From: Gaiellales bacterium | GTDB lineage: Bacteria > Actinomycetota > Thermoleophilia > Gaiellales > Gaiellaceae | DNA: 64,000 nucleotides | Assembly: GCA_038237925.1 (NCBI GenBank) | Contig: JBBRYF010000010.1 | Span: 14,133-78,132, forward strand | Direction: 5' to 3' | In this document: one piece after another, positions 45,671 through 53,658 of the stretch | Layout: each line of letters opens with the position of its first letter | How positions within the stretch are numbered: position 1 is the stretch's first letter | The notes under the pieces: model-generated | The model's input: only the letters and a program-made list of their open reading frames with translations | Told to the model about the DNA's origin: nothing | Databases searched by the model: none | Made by a program: the position numbers and the translations under genes

Positions 45671-46135
45671 ATGAGCGACCTCGTCCGGGTCGGTCGGGTC
45701 GGCAAGACCCACGGCCTCGACGGCTCGTTCTTCGTCGAGCAGGCCAGCGAAGACCCGAAACGGTTCGCCCGCGACGCAACGCTGCACGTCGACGGCGAGC
45801 CCGCGAAGGTCGTCGCCTCGAAGCGCTCGCGCGGCCGGCCGGTGATCAGGCTCGACCGCGAGGCGCCGCGCGGGGCCGAGCTCGCCGTTCCGCGCGAGGA
45901 GCTGCCGGCGCCCGGCGAGGACGAGTACTACGAGTTCCAGCTCGTCGGGCTCGCGGTCGAGGAGGAGGGCGGCCGCCCGCTCGGACGGGTGAGCGCAGTG
46001 CTTCCAGGCCCCGCGAACGACGCGCTCGAGCTCGATACCGGCCTCCTGCTGCCGCTTGTCGGCGCCTGCGTTCAGAAGGTGGACCTCGACGCAGGCAGAA
46101 TCCAGATCGCGCAGGGCTTCGCAGAGCCCAGCTAA
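45671..46135 (+). CDS. rimM: 16S rRNA processing protein RimM
   Basis: VRVGRVGKTHGLDGSFFV..., EYYEFQLVGL, PRC-barrel C-terminus. Confidence 0.85.
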   Translation: MSDLVRVGRVGKTHGLDGSFFVEQASEDPKRFARDATLHVDGEPAKVVASKRSRGRPVIRLDREAPRGAELAVPREELPAPGEDEYYEFQLVGLAVEEEGGRPLGRVSAVLPGPANDALELDTGLLLPLVGACVQKVDLDAGRIQIAQGFAEPS

Positions 46136-46155
46136 CCTGGTTTGCGGCCCGTCCC

Positions 46156-46815
46156 TTGCAGCTCGACGTCTTCACTCTCCTTCCTCACGCGTTCGCCTGG
46201 CTCACGGAGCAGCGTCCGGTCGCTGCCGTGCTCGGCGGCGAGCTCGACCTGCGGCTGCTCAACTACCGCGACCACACGCCGCTCACCGGCGGCCAGGTGG
46301 ACGACGAGCCGTACGGAGGCGGCGCGGGAATGGTGCTGCGTGTGGACGTGGTCGCCGCCGCCCTCGACGCCGTCTACGGCGGCCAGCCGGAACACCGCGT
46401 CGTCGCGCTCACGCCGCAGGGCCGCCAGCTGTCGCAGGACGTCGTCGAAGAGCTCGCGCAGGAAGAGCGCCTGACGCTCCTCTCGGCGCGTTTCGAAGGC
46501 TTCGACGAGCGCGCGCTGATCCACCTCGCCGCGGACGCGATCTCGATCGGGCCGTACGTCCTCTCGGGCGGCGAGCTGCCTGCGATGGTGCTCGTCGATG
46601 CGATCTCGCGCCGCCTGCCCGGGGCGCTAGGCAGCGAGGAGTCCGGTCTTGTCGAGAGCTTCTCCGCCGAGCTCGAGGGTGGGCTCGAGTACCCTCACTA
46701 CACGCGCCCGGCGGAGTTCAGGGGCTGGCGGGTGCCTGACGTCCTCCTCTCGGGGGACCACAGGAGAATCGACGAATGGCGGAAGGAACAGAGTCGTCTG
46801 AGGACGGGGTCGTGA
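46156..46815 (+). CDS. trmD: tRNA (guanine37-N1)-methyltransferase
   Basis: VDDEPYGGGAGMVL, GRFEGFDER, LSGDH..IDEWR. Confidence 0.92.
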   Translation: MQLDVFTLLPHAFAWLTEQRPVAAVLGGELDLRLLNYRDHTPLTGGQVDDEPYGGGAGMVLRVDVVAAALDAVYGGQPEHRVVALTPQGRQLSQDVVEELAQEERLTLLSARFEGFDERALIHLAADAISIGPYVLSGGELPAMVLVDAISRRLPGALGSEESGLVESFSAELEGGLEYPHYTRPAEFRGWRVPDVLLSGDHRRIDEWRKEQSRLRTGS

Positions 46816-47528
46816 GCGGCGACGGCTTCGACGACCGCCCGAGCGGCGACTACCGAACGGAGTACCCGCCGCCGCGGTATCCGCCGCTGATCCAGCCTTC
46901 CGAGCAGCAGAGCCGCCACTCGCGCAACCCGCTGGATCGCATGACCGCCGGCCTGCCGCGTCCCTGGCGGATCGCGATCGACTGGATCGTGACCATCGCA
47001 GGGGCGATCGGGATCGTGCTCGCGATCAAGGCGTGGGTCGTGAACCCGTACCGGATCCCGTCGTCGTCGATGGAGCCGACGCTGCACTGCGCCCGGCCCG
47101 GCCAGGGCTGCGAGGCGAGGCTCTCGGACCGCGTGCTCGCGAACCGCTTCATCTACCATTTCCGCAGCCCGCACCGCGGTGAGATCGTCGTCTTCAACAC
47201 CCCGCCCGCGGCGCAGGAGATGTGCGGCGCGAGCGGCACCTTCGTCAAGCGCCTGATCGGGCTCCCCGGTGAGACCGTCACCGAGCACGACGGCGGCAAC
47301 GTCTTCATCAACGACACGCAGCTGAAGGAGCCCTACCTCAAGGCTGACCGTCGTTCCCGCGACTCGACGACCGGGACGTGGCACGTGCCGAAGGGCGAGT
47401 ACTTCTTCATGGGCGACAACCGCGGCGAGTCGTGCGACTCCCGCCGCTGGGGCTCCGTCCCGCGGAAGAACCTGATCGGCAAGGTCTTCGCGACGTACTG
47501 GCCGCCGAACCGCGTCGCGCTGCACTGA
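46812..47528 (+). CDS. lepB: signal peptidase I (copy 1)
   Basis: IPSSSMEPTL (catalytic Ser), KRLIGLPGE, GDNRGESCDSRRWG. The GTG 46812 start overlaps the trmD stop; ATG 46776 and ATG 46941 are alternatives. Confidence 0.85.
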   Translation: MSGDGFDDRPSGDYRTEYPPPRYPPLIQPSEQQSRHSRNPLDRMTAGLPRPWRIAIDWIVTIAGAIGIVLAIKAWVVNPYRIPSSSMEPTLHCARPGQGCEARLSDRVLANRFIYHFRSPHRGEIVVFNTPPAAQEMCGASGTFVKRLIGLPGETVTEHDGGNVFINDTQLKEPYLKADRRSRDSTTGTWHVPKGEYFFMGDNRGESCDSRRWGSVPRKNLIGKVFATYWPPNRVALH

Positions 47529-48140
47529 GCAACCCGCTTGACCGACTGACGGGAGGGCTGCCGCGGCCGTGGCGGATCGCGATCGACTGGATTGTCACGG
47601 CCGCCGTTGCGATCGGGATCGTGCTCGCCGTGAAGGCGTGGGTCGTGAACCCGTACCGGATCCCGTCTGCCTCGATGGAACCGACGCTGCACTGCGCGCG
47701 ACCGGATCAGGACTGCGAGGCGCGCTTCTCCGACTGCGTGCTAGCCGACCGCTTCATCTACCGCTTCCGCGACCCGCACCGCGGCGAGATCGTCGTCTTC
47801 GAGACACCGAAGGCCGCCGCGCGCGACTGCGGCGCCAGCGGCACCTTCGTCAAGCGCCTGGTCGGCCTCCCGGGGGAGACCGTCCACGAGGACGACAAGG
47901 GCTTCATCTGGGTCGACCATAAGAAGCTGCGCGAGCCGTACGTCCAGGCGAAGCGCCGTGCCGAGGACACGACCAACCGCGAGCAGATCTGGCGCGTGCC
48001 CGCCGGCTCGTACTTCTTCATGGGCGACAACCGCGGCGAGTCGTGCGACTCGCGCCGCTGGGGCAGCGTGCCGCGCGGGAACCCTGATCGGGCCGGTGTT
48101 CATGACCTACTGGCCGCCGGCCCGGATCTCGCTGCGCACG
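46926..48140 (+). repeat. tandem duplication (about 605-bp period) of the lepB TM and catalytic region
   Basis: Long blocks of near-identical DNA (for example CCCTGGCGGATCGCGATCGACTGGAT and GGCGACAACCGCGGCGAGTCGTGCGACTC) recur one period apart. Confidence 0.85.
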
Positions 48141-48218
48141 ATCCTGCCGGGAGCGCCGCTGCTCGGTCTCCTGCTGCTCGTGCCACGGCGCCGTCGAAGG
48201 CGCTCGGGCGTGCGCTAG
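47546..48218 (+). pseudogene. signal peptidase I (tandem copy 2): CTG at the position of copy-1 ATG and a +1 frame break at 48082-48084
   Basis: The same motifs are present (IPSASMEPTL, KRLVGLPGE, GDNRGESCDSRRWG). After ...VPRGN the conserved LIGPVFMTYWPP continues in ORF 47958-48218. AACCCTG here aligns with AACCTG in copy 1. Confidence 0.7.
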
Positions 48219-48248
48219 CATTCCGCGTCGGCCTCCGGGCCTCTTTCT

Positions 48249-48824
48249 ATGAGCCGTGTGATCGAAAGCATCGAGCAGCGCCAGCTGCGGACGAACCTGC
48301 CGCCGTTCAAGGCGGGAGACACGGTGCGCGTCCACTTCCAGGTGATCGAGGGCCAACGCCGCCGCGTCCAGGTGTTCGAGGGCGTCGTGCTCAAGCGCCA
48401 GGGGGCGGGGGCCCGCGAGACCTTCACGGTGCGCAAGCAGTCGTTCGGGGTGGGGGTGGAGCGGACGTTCCCGGTGCACTCCCCGAAGATCGAGCGCATC
48501 GAGGTGACCGCGATCGGCGACGTAAACCGCGCGAAGCTCTACTACCTGCGCGGGAAGGTCGGCAAACGTGCGCGCGTGCGTGCAAAGCGCGGCGTGGCGC
48601 TGCCGGACTCGGAGCTGCTCGTGGGGACCGCACCGCCCGAGGAAGAGGCGGCTGAGGACGAAGCCGCACCCGAGGCGGAGGCAGAAGCTCCCGTCGAGGA
48701 CGCCGAGCCGGAGGCTGAGGAGCCGACGGCGGAAGAGCCTCCCGCTGAGGAGCCGACGGCGGAAGAGCCGGGCCCCGAGCCCGAGTCGGCGGTCGAGCCC
48801 GAGCCAGAGCCGGTCAAGGAGTAA
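48249..48824 (+). CDS. rplS: 50S ribosomal protein L19 with about 75-aa acidic Pro/Glu/Ala-rich C-terminal extension
   Basis: Core [19 protein letters not shown]...FEGVV..., then ...[51 protein letters not shown].... Confidence 0.92.
   Translation: MSRVIESIEQRQLRTNLPPFKAGDTVRVHFQVIEGQRRRVQVFEGVVLKRQGAGARETFTVRKQSFGVGVERTFPVHSPKIERIEVTAIGDVNRAKLYYLRGKVGKRARVRAKRGVALPDSELLVGTAPPEEEAAEDEAAPEAEAEAPVEDAEPEAEEPTAEEPPAEEPTAEEPGPEPESAVEPEPEPVKE
48714..48769 (+). repeat. 30-nt tandem repeat inside the L19 acidic tail
   Basis: GCTGAGGAGCCGACGGCGGAAGAGCC occurs twice, at 48714 and 48744, encoding AEEPTAEEP. Confidence 0.8.
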
Positions 48825-48878
48825 CGAAAGCGTCACGATCGTTGGGCGTCGGCTGAGCGCGGCGCTATCCTCGCGGCC

Positions 48879-49508
48879 GTGGCCCGCCGCACCGGACCCA
48901 AGCTTCTCCAGTTCGACCGCAAGCTCGGTGCGCGTTTCGTGGCCGGCGCCGACGAGGCTGGGCGCGGACCGCTCGCCGGGCCGCTGCTCGTCGCGGGCGT
49001 GCTGTTCGACTACGGCAAGCTGCGGGACCACAAGGTGCGCCCGCTCGCCTGCCTGAACGACTCCAAACAGTGCAGCGAGGCTGAGCGCGAGGAGCTCTAC
49101 CGCGCCGTGCTCGGGTGCGCCGAGCGTGTCGTCGTGCGCGCGGTGCCGGCGACGCAGATCGACCGCGTCGGGCTCCATCGCTCGAATCTCGCCGGGCTGC
49201 GTGCGGTTCTCGCCGAGCTCGCGCCGCCGGCGGAGGTGTGCCTCGTCGACGGCTTCCGGCTCGGGCAGACGGCGCCAGAGCACCGGGCGGTCGTCGACGG
49301 CGACGAGAAGAGCGCCGCGATCGCCGCCGCGTCCATCGTCGCGAAGGTGACCCGCGACCGGATGATGCGGCGGATGGACGCGCTCTATCCGGCGTACGGC
49401 TTCCGCTCGCACGTCGGCTACATCACGCCCGGGCATTCGGCCGTCGTACGGGAGCTCGGCCCCTGTGAGATTCACCGACGGTCCTTCAACGCGCTCTGCT
49501 ACGCGTAG
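48879..49508 (+). CDS. rnhB: ribonuclease HII
   Basis: GADEAGRGPLAGPL, DSKQ, DGDEKSAAIAAASIVAKVTRD. Confidence 0.9.
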   Translation: MARRTGPKLLQFDRKLGARFVAGADEAGRGPLAGPLLVAGVLFDYGKLRDHKVRPLACLNDSKQCSEAEREELYRAVLGCAERVVVRAVPATQIDRVGLHRSNLAGLRAVLAELAPPAEVCLVDGFRLGQTAPEHRAVVDGDEKSAAIAAASIVAKVTRDRMMRRMDALYPAYGFRSHVGYITPGHSAVVRELGPCEIHRRSFNALCYA

Positions 49509-49581
49509 CCCTCGCGTCCCTGACCGCCACTGGCTCACGCCCGGCAGAGCCGGGCTCCGCCAGCGGCTCGCGCCCCTGGCC

Positions 49582-49995
49582 ATGCTCCGGCCGAAGGGCC
49601 GTGCTGTAGCACTGTCCCTTCGGCCTACGCGCGCCCAGGGACACGTCAGGGACCCGAGCACGTCTGCGGCCGGGAGGGCTGCCGAGACCCGCGCGCTCTG
49701 GCACTACCGGCTGCGCGGGTACTGCGTGCTCGACCGCAACGCCTGGACCGGCGGCAATGAGCTCGACCTTGTGGTGCGCCGCGGGCAGAAGCTCGCGTTC
49801 GTTGAGGTGAAGGCGAAAGGCGGCGGGCGCTTCGGCGACCCGTTCGAGATGGTCACCGAGGAGAAGCAGCGCCGCCTGCGCCGCGCGGCCGAGGCGTGGC
49901 TCGCGTTGCATCCGGAGTGCGCGGCGCTTGAGGCGCGTTTTGACGTCGTCGCGGTGCGCGACGGTCGCCTCGAGTCGCTGCGGCAGGCGTTCTAG
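49582..49995 (+). CDS. yraN: YraN-family (UPF0102) predicted endonuclease
   Basis: GRAAETRALWHYRLRGYCVLDRN...ELDLVV...FVEVKAK...RFDVVAV. The start is uncertain: ATG 49582 is the only canonical in-frame start near the core. Confidence 0.7.
   Translation: MLRPKGRAVALSLRPTRAQGHVRDPSTSAAGRAAETRALWHYRLRGYCVLDRNAWTGGNELDLVVRRGQKLAFVEVKAKGGGRFGDPFEMVTEEKQRRLRRAAEAWLALHPECAALEARFDVVAVRDGRLESLRQAF
49589..49625 (+). other. long hairpin between rnhB and the conserved YraN core
   Basis: GGCCGAAGGG...CCCTTCGGCC forms a 10-bp outer stem enclosing a GTGC/GCAC inner stem. It lies inside the ORF if yraN starts at 49582. Confidence 0.4.
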
Positions 49996-50010
49996 GCGCG
50001 CTGTCGAACC

Positions 50011-50032
50011 GGTCGAGGCCATGGCCTCGACC
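50011..50032. promoter_or_regulatory. perfect 22-bp palindrome centred on the methyltransferase start codon
   Basis: GGTCGAGGCCATGGCCTCGACC, with the ATG at 50021-50023 in its centre, 16 nt after the yraN stop. Confidence 0.6.
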
Positions 50033-51139
50033 CAGGACGCGCTCTACCGGCGCATCGATCTCGACCTCTCGTGGTCGGAGCGCGACCTCCCCGAGCGGGT
50101 ACGGACGAAGCACGTTCACCGGCTGCACCCGTACCTCGGCAAGTTCATCCCGCAGCTCGTCGAGGCGCTGCTCGAGCGACACGTGCCCGGCGGAGGGCGC
50201 GTGCTCGACCCGTTCGCCGGCTCGGGGACGACGCTCGTACAGGCGCTGGAGTCGGGCTACGACGCGAGCGGCGCGGACGTCGCGCCCTTCAACTGCCTGC
50301 TGATGCGCGTCAAGACGCGCGAGTACAACCCGTTCGTGCTCGAGACGGAGCTGCGCGACGCACTGGCGCGGCTCGACGCATTCGACGGCGCGCGGCGGGA
50401 GAAGCCGCTCTCGCGCTTCGTTCGCGACTGGTATGCGCCTCAGGCCGCCGCTGAGCTGCTCTTCTTCCGCGCGCTCGTGGAGGACTACGAGCACGCGGAC
50501 GTGTTGCGGGTCGTGCTGGCGCGGGCCGCGCGTTCGGCGCGGCGGACGACGCACTTCGACCTCGACTTCCCGCGCGCGCCGCAGCAGACCCCGTACTGGT
50601 GCCACAAACACCGGCGCGAGTGCAAGCCGGTCGGCGAGGCACGGCGGTTCCTGCGCCGGTACGCGCTGGACACGCTCATGCGCGTACGCGAGTTCGCTCG
50701 AGTGCGCGCACGAGGGCGAGAGGCGGTCGTGCTCCACGGCGACGCGCGCGAGCTCGACTTCGGCCGTGACTTCGACGGCGTGGTCACCTCGCCGCCCTAC
50801 CCGGGGCTGATCGACTACCACGAGCAGCACCGCTACGCCTACGAGCTGCTCGGGCTCGAGGAGTGCCGTGAGCTCGAGCTCGGGAAGGGGTCGAGCAAGG
50901 TCGCGCTGAACGCCTACGTCGAGGGAATCGCAGCGGTGCTCGCGAACGTGCGCGGCTCGCTGCGGCGCGGTGCGCCGGTCGTGATCGTGATCAACGACCG
51001 GCGCGAGCTCTACCCGGAGATTCTCGAGCGCGCGGGGCTGCGGCTCGACGAGCGCTACCGGCGTCACGTCAACCGCCGTACCGGCAGGCGGGCCGGCGAG
51101 TACTTCGAGGACGTGCTCGTCGCGCGCGCCGCGCAGTAG
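50021..51139 (+). CDS. SAM-dependent DNA (N6-adenine/N4-cytosine type) methyltransferase, orphan
   Basis: 372 aa. SAM motif VLDPFAGSGTTLVQA lies near the N-terminus and catalytic VVTSPPYPGLIDY about 190 aa later, permuted relative to ParB-type N4/N6 enzymes. No nuclease partner is recognised. Confidence 0.75.
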   Translation: MASTQDALYRRIDLDLSWSERDLPERVRTKHVHRLHPYLGKFIPQLVEALLERHVPGGGRVLDPFAGSGTTLVQALESGYDASGADVAPFNCLLMRVKTREYNPFVLETELRDALARLDAFDGARREKPLSRFVRDWYAPQAAAELLFFRALVEDYEHADVLRVVLARAARSARRTTHFDLDFPRAPQQTPYWCHKHRRECKPVGEARRFLRRYALDTLMRVREFARVRARGREAVVLHGDARELDFGRDFDGVVTSPPYPGLIDYHEQHRYAYELLGLEECRELELGKGSSKVALNAYVEGIAAVLANVRGSLRRGAPVVIVINDRRELYPEILERAGLRLDERYRRHVNRRTGRRAGEYFEDVLVARAAQ

Positions 51140-51147
51140 TTCCACTT

Positions 51148-51195
51148 TCGGCACAGTCGCGTGACAGACACGTGACAGGCGCGTGTCTAGCGTGG
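51148..51195 (+). promoter_or_regulatory. promoter-like block (GTGAC at 51161 and 51172; TAGCGT 51188-51193) 6 nt upstream of the comM GTG
   Basis: The 36-nt core is 27/36 identical to 981-1016. The spacing implies a leaderless comM transcript. Confidence 0.5.
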
Positions 51196-51199
51196 CCAC

Positions 51200-52669
51200 G
51201 TGCTCGCACGCACCGTCACGCATGCGCTCGTGGGGCTCGACGCCGTTCGCGTCGAGGTCGAGGCGCACCTTCAGCTCGGGGTCCCGGCGTTCGCGATCGT
51301 CGGCCTGGCCGACCGCGCCTGCCAGGAGGCGAAGGAGCGCGTCCGCAGCGGGATCGCTTCCGCGGAGCTCGAGTGGCCGGTGCGGCGGATCACCGTGAAC
51401 CTCGCGCCGGCCGAGCTGCGCAAGGAGGGGTCCGGGTTCGATCTGCCGATCGCGCTGGCCGTGCTGGCGGCTTCACGGCAGGTGCCGCCCGAGTCGCTCG
51501 GGGGGCACGCGGCGGTGGGCGAGCTTGCGCTCGACGGGCGCCTGCGGCCGGTCGGCGGCGTGCTCGCTGCGGCCGAGGGTGCTCGGCAGGCGGGGCTCTC
51601 TCACCTGCTCTGCGCTTCCGAGTGTGCGGCCGAGGCGGCTCTGGCTGGGATCGAGCCGGTGCCGGTGCACCATCTGGCGGAGGCGGTCGCGTACCTGCGC
51701 GGCCAGTGGCGGCCGCCTCCGCCCGACGAGCTTCCCGCGGCGGGTTCGAACGGCGACGCGCCCGCCGTGCCGGATCTCGCGGACGTGCGGGGGCAGGAGC
51801 GCGCCCGCCGCGCGCTCGAGCTGGCGGCGGCGGGCGGGCACAACCTGCTGCTCGGCGGCCCGCCCGGCACCGGCAAGACGATGCTCGCGCGCCGGCTGCC
51901 GGGGATCCTGCCGCGCCTACCGCCGGACGAGGCGTTGGAGGTGACGCGGATCCACTCGGTCGCGGGCCTGCTGCCGCCGGGCAGGCCGCTCGTGAGCGTG
52001 CCGCCGTTCCGCGCGCCGCACCACACGGCGTCAGTCTCGGCCATCGTGGGGGGCGGATCCTCGCCGCGGCCGGGAGAGGCGAGCCTGGCGCACCGCGGGG
52101 TGCTCTTCCTCGACGAGCTGGCCGAGTTCCCGCGCAACGCGCTCGAGGCGCTTCGCCAGCCGCTCGAAGACGGTGCGATCGCGATCGCGCGCGTCGGCGG
52201 CAAGATCGTGTTCCCGGCGCGGTTCCAGCTCGTTGCCACGATGAACCTGTGCCCGTGCGGAGCGCGTGGCGATCCGGCTGCGGAGTGCTCCTGCTCCGCC
52301 GCGCGGCTCGCCGCGTACCGAGACAAGCTGTCGCGAGCGCTCCTCGACCGCTTCGACCTGGTCGTAACGGTTCCGCGCCCGCGCGCTCGCGAGCTCGACT
52401 CTCCGCCCGGCGAAGGCTCCAAGGCCGTGCGGGAACGAGTGACCGCCGCGCGAGAGCGAAGGCGAGGGGAGCCGCTGCGCCGCTCGAAGGAAGCGAACGA
52501 GCTGCTGAGCCGGGCCGTCGAGCGATTGCCGCTGTCGGCCCGCGGCCGCGCGCGTGTCGCTCGAGTCGCGCGAACGATCGCCTTGCTTGCGGGCGCCGGC
52601 GGCGTCGCGACGGAACATGTCGCCGAGGCGCTCTCCTACCGCTCACCGACCGAGCTGGGGACGCGGTGA
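51200..52669 (+). CDS. comM: YifB/ComM-family Mg-chelatase-like AAA+ ATPase
   Basis: N-terminal Lon-protease-like domain (GLPAFAIVGL..., DLPIALAVLAAS), GPPGTGKTMLA, LFLDELAEF. Confidence 0.88.
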   Translation: MLARTVTHALVGLDAVRVEVEAHLQLGVPAFAIVGLADRACQEAKERVRSGIASAELEWPVRRITVNLAPAELRKEGSGFDLPIALAVLAASRQVPPESLGGHAAVGELALDGRLRPVGGVLAAAEGARQAGLSHLLCASECAAEAALAGIEPVPVHHLAEAVAYLRGQWRPPPPDELPAAGSNGDAPAVPDLADVRGQERARRALELAAAGGHNLLLGGPPGTGKTMLARRLPGILPRLPPDEALEVTRIHSVAGLLPPGRPLVSVPPFRAPHHTASVSAIVGGGSSPRPGEASLAHRGVLFLDELAEFPRNALEALRQPLEDGAIAIARVGGKIVFPARFQLVATMNLCPCGARGDPAAECSCSAARLAAYRDKLSRALLDRFDLVVTVPRPRARELDSPPGEGSKAVRERVTAARERRRGEPLRRSKEANELLSRAVERLPLSARGRARVARVARTIALLAGAGGVATEHVAEALSYRSPTELGTR

Positions 52670-53658
52670 GCGACCTCTCGCTTGCCGCCTTTGCCGCGGA
52701 GACCGGGACGCATGTGGTCGAAGAGCCGCGGGCGCGCAGGTTCGACCGCTTCCGCCGCGCGTTCGACGAGCCGGCCTACCGCTCGCTGCTCGCCGCTCGC
52801 GGACTGCGCTTCGTGGGCCGCGGCGATGGCGCTTACCCGCCGCTCCTGCGCGAGCTGCACGATCCTCCGGCGGGGCTTTTCCTTCGCGGAGCGGCCGAGC
52901 CGGAGCTGCTGTTCCGACGGGCCGTGGCGATCGTCGGCGCGCGAGCCTGCTCGTCCTACGGCTCGCACGTCGCCCGGTTGCTGGGCCGCGAGCTCGCGGC
53001 GACCGGCCTGGTCGTGATCAGCGGCCTCGCTCGCGGCGTCGACGGCGAGGCGCACCGGGGCGCGCTCGAAGCCGGTGGGACGACGGTGGCCGTGCTCGGC
53101 TGCGGCGTCGATCGCGACTATCCGGCGGCCCATGCCCAGCTCGCGTCACGCATCTGCGAGCAGGGGCTCGTCGTCTCCGAGTACGCACCGGGCGTGGAGC
53201 CGGCACCGTGGCGGTTCCCCGCGCGCAACCGGATCATCGCCGGGCTCGCCGATGCCACCGTCGTCGTCGAGGCGCGTGAGCGGAGCGGCGCGCTGATCAC
53301 GGCCGACTTGGCGCTCGAGGCCGGGCGCGAGGTCTTCGCGGTCCCGGGCGAGATCACGTCCGCGCTCTCCAGCGGCACGAACGCGCTTCTTCGACTCGGG
53401 GCGACTCCGCTCACGTCAGCGGACGACGTGCTCGAGGCGCTCGGCGTGGAGGCGCCCGCCCTGGCGAGGCCCGAGCTGGGTGAAGCGGCAACCCAGGTGT
53501 TGGAGGTGCTCTCGCAGCGGCCCTCCGGCGCGGACGAGCTCGTCCGCGGGACGGGGCTCGACGCGGCGGCGGTGGCGACGGCACTGGCGGAGCTCGAGCT
53601 CGCCGGTGCGGTCGCCGAGGCCGAGGGGCTGTACAGGGGGGTGGGTCGGCAAGGCTAG
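52666..53658 (+). CDS. dprA: DNA-processing protein DprA
   Basis: IVGARACSSYG, ISGLARGVDGEAHRGAL, SGALITA. GTGA overlap with comM. Confidence 0.88.
   Translation: MSDLSLAAFAAETGTHVVEEPRARRFDRFRRAFDEPAYRSLLAARGLRFVGRGDGAYPPLLRELHDPPAGLFLRGAAEPELLFRRAVAIVGARACSSYGSHVARLLGRELAATGLVVISGLARGVDGEAHRGALEAGGTTVAVLGCGVDRDYPAAHAQLASRICEQGLVVSEYAPGVEPAPWRFPARNRIIAGLADATVVVEARERSGALITADLALEAGREVFAVPGEITSALSSGTNALLRLGATPLTSADDVLEALGVEAPALARPELGEAATQVLEVLSQRPSGADELVRGTGLDAAAVATALAELELAGAVAEAEGLYRGVGRQG

Noticed and set aside
48660-48790. The repetitive GAGGAGCCGACGGCGGAAGAGCC region as a possible CRISPR array or satellite.
   Set aside because: There are only two 30-nt units. They are in frame inside rplS and encode AEEPTAEEP, so this is a coding low-complexity repeat.
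49928-50020. The upstream ATG 49928 as the methyltransferase start. Similarly 53480 for the oxidoreductase, 47378 for lepB copy 2 and 23686 for fakA.
   Set aside because: These extensions overlap the preceding gene in another frame and encode Arg/Ser-rich junk. The conserved sequence begins at the downstream starts chosen.
49582-51139. YraN (a PD-(D/E)xK-like protein) plus the methyltransferase as a restriction-modification pair.
   Set aside because: YraN/UPF0102 is a small, widely conserved housekeeping neighbour of rnhB and comM. It is not a known restriction endonuclease, so the adjacency is better explained by insertion of the methyltransferase into that block.
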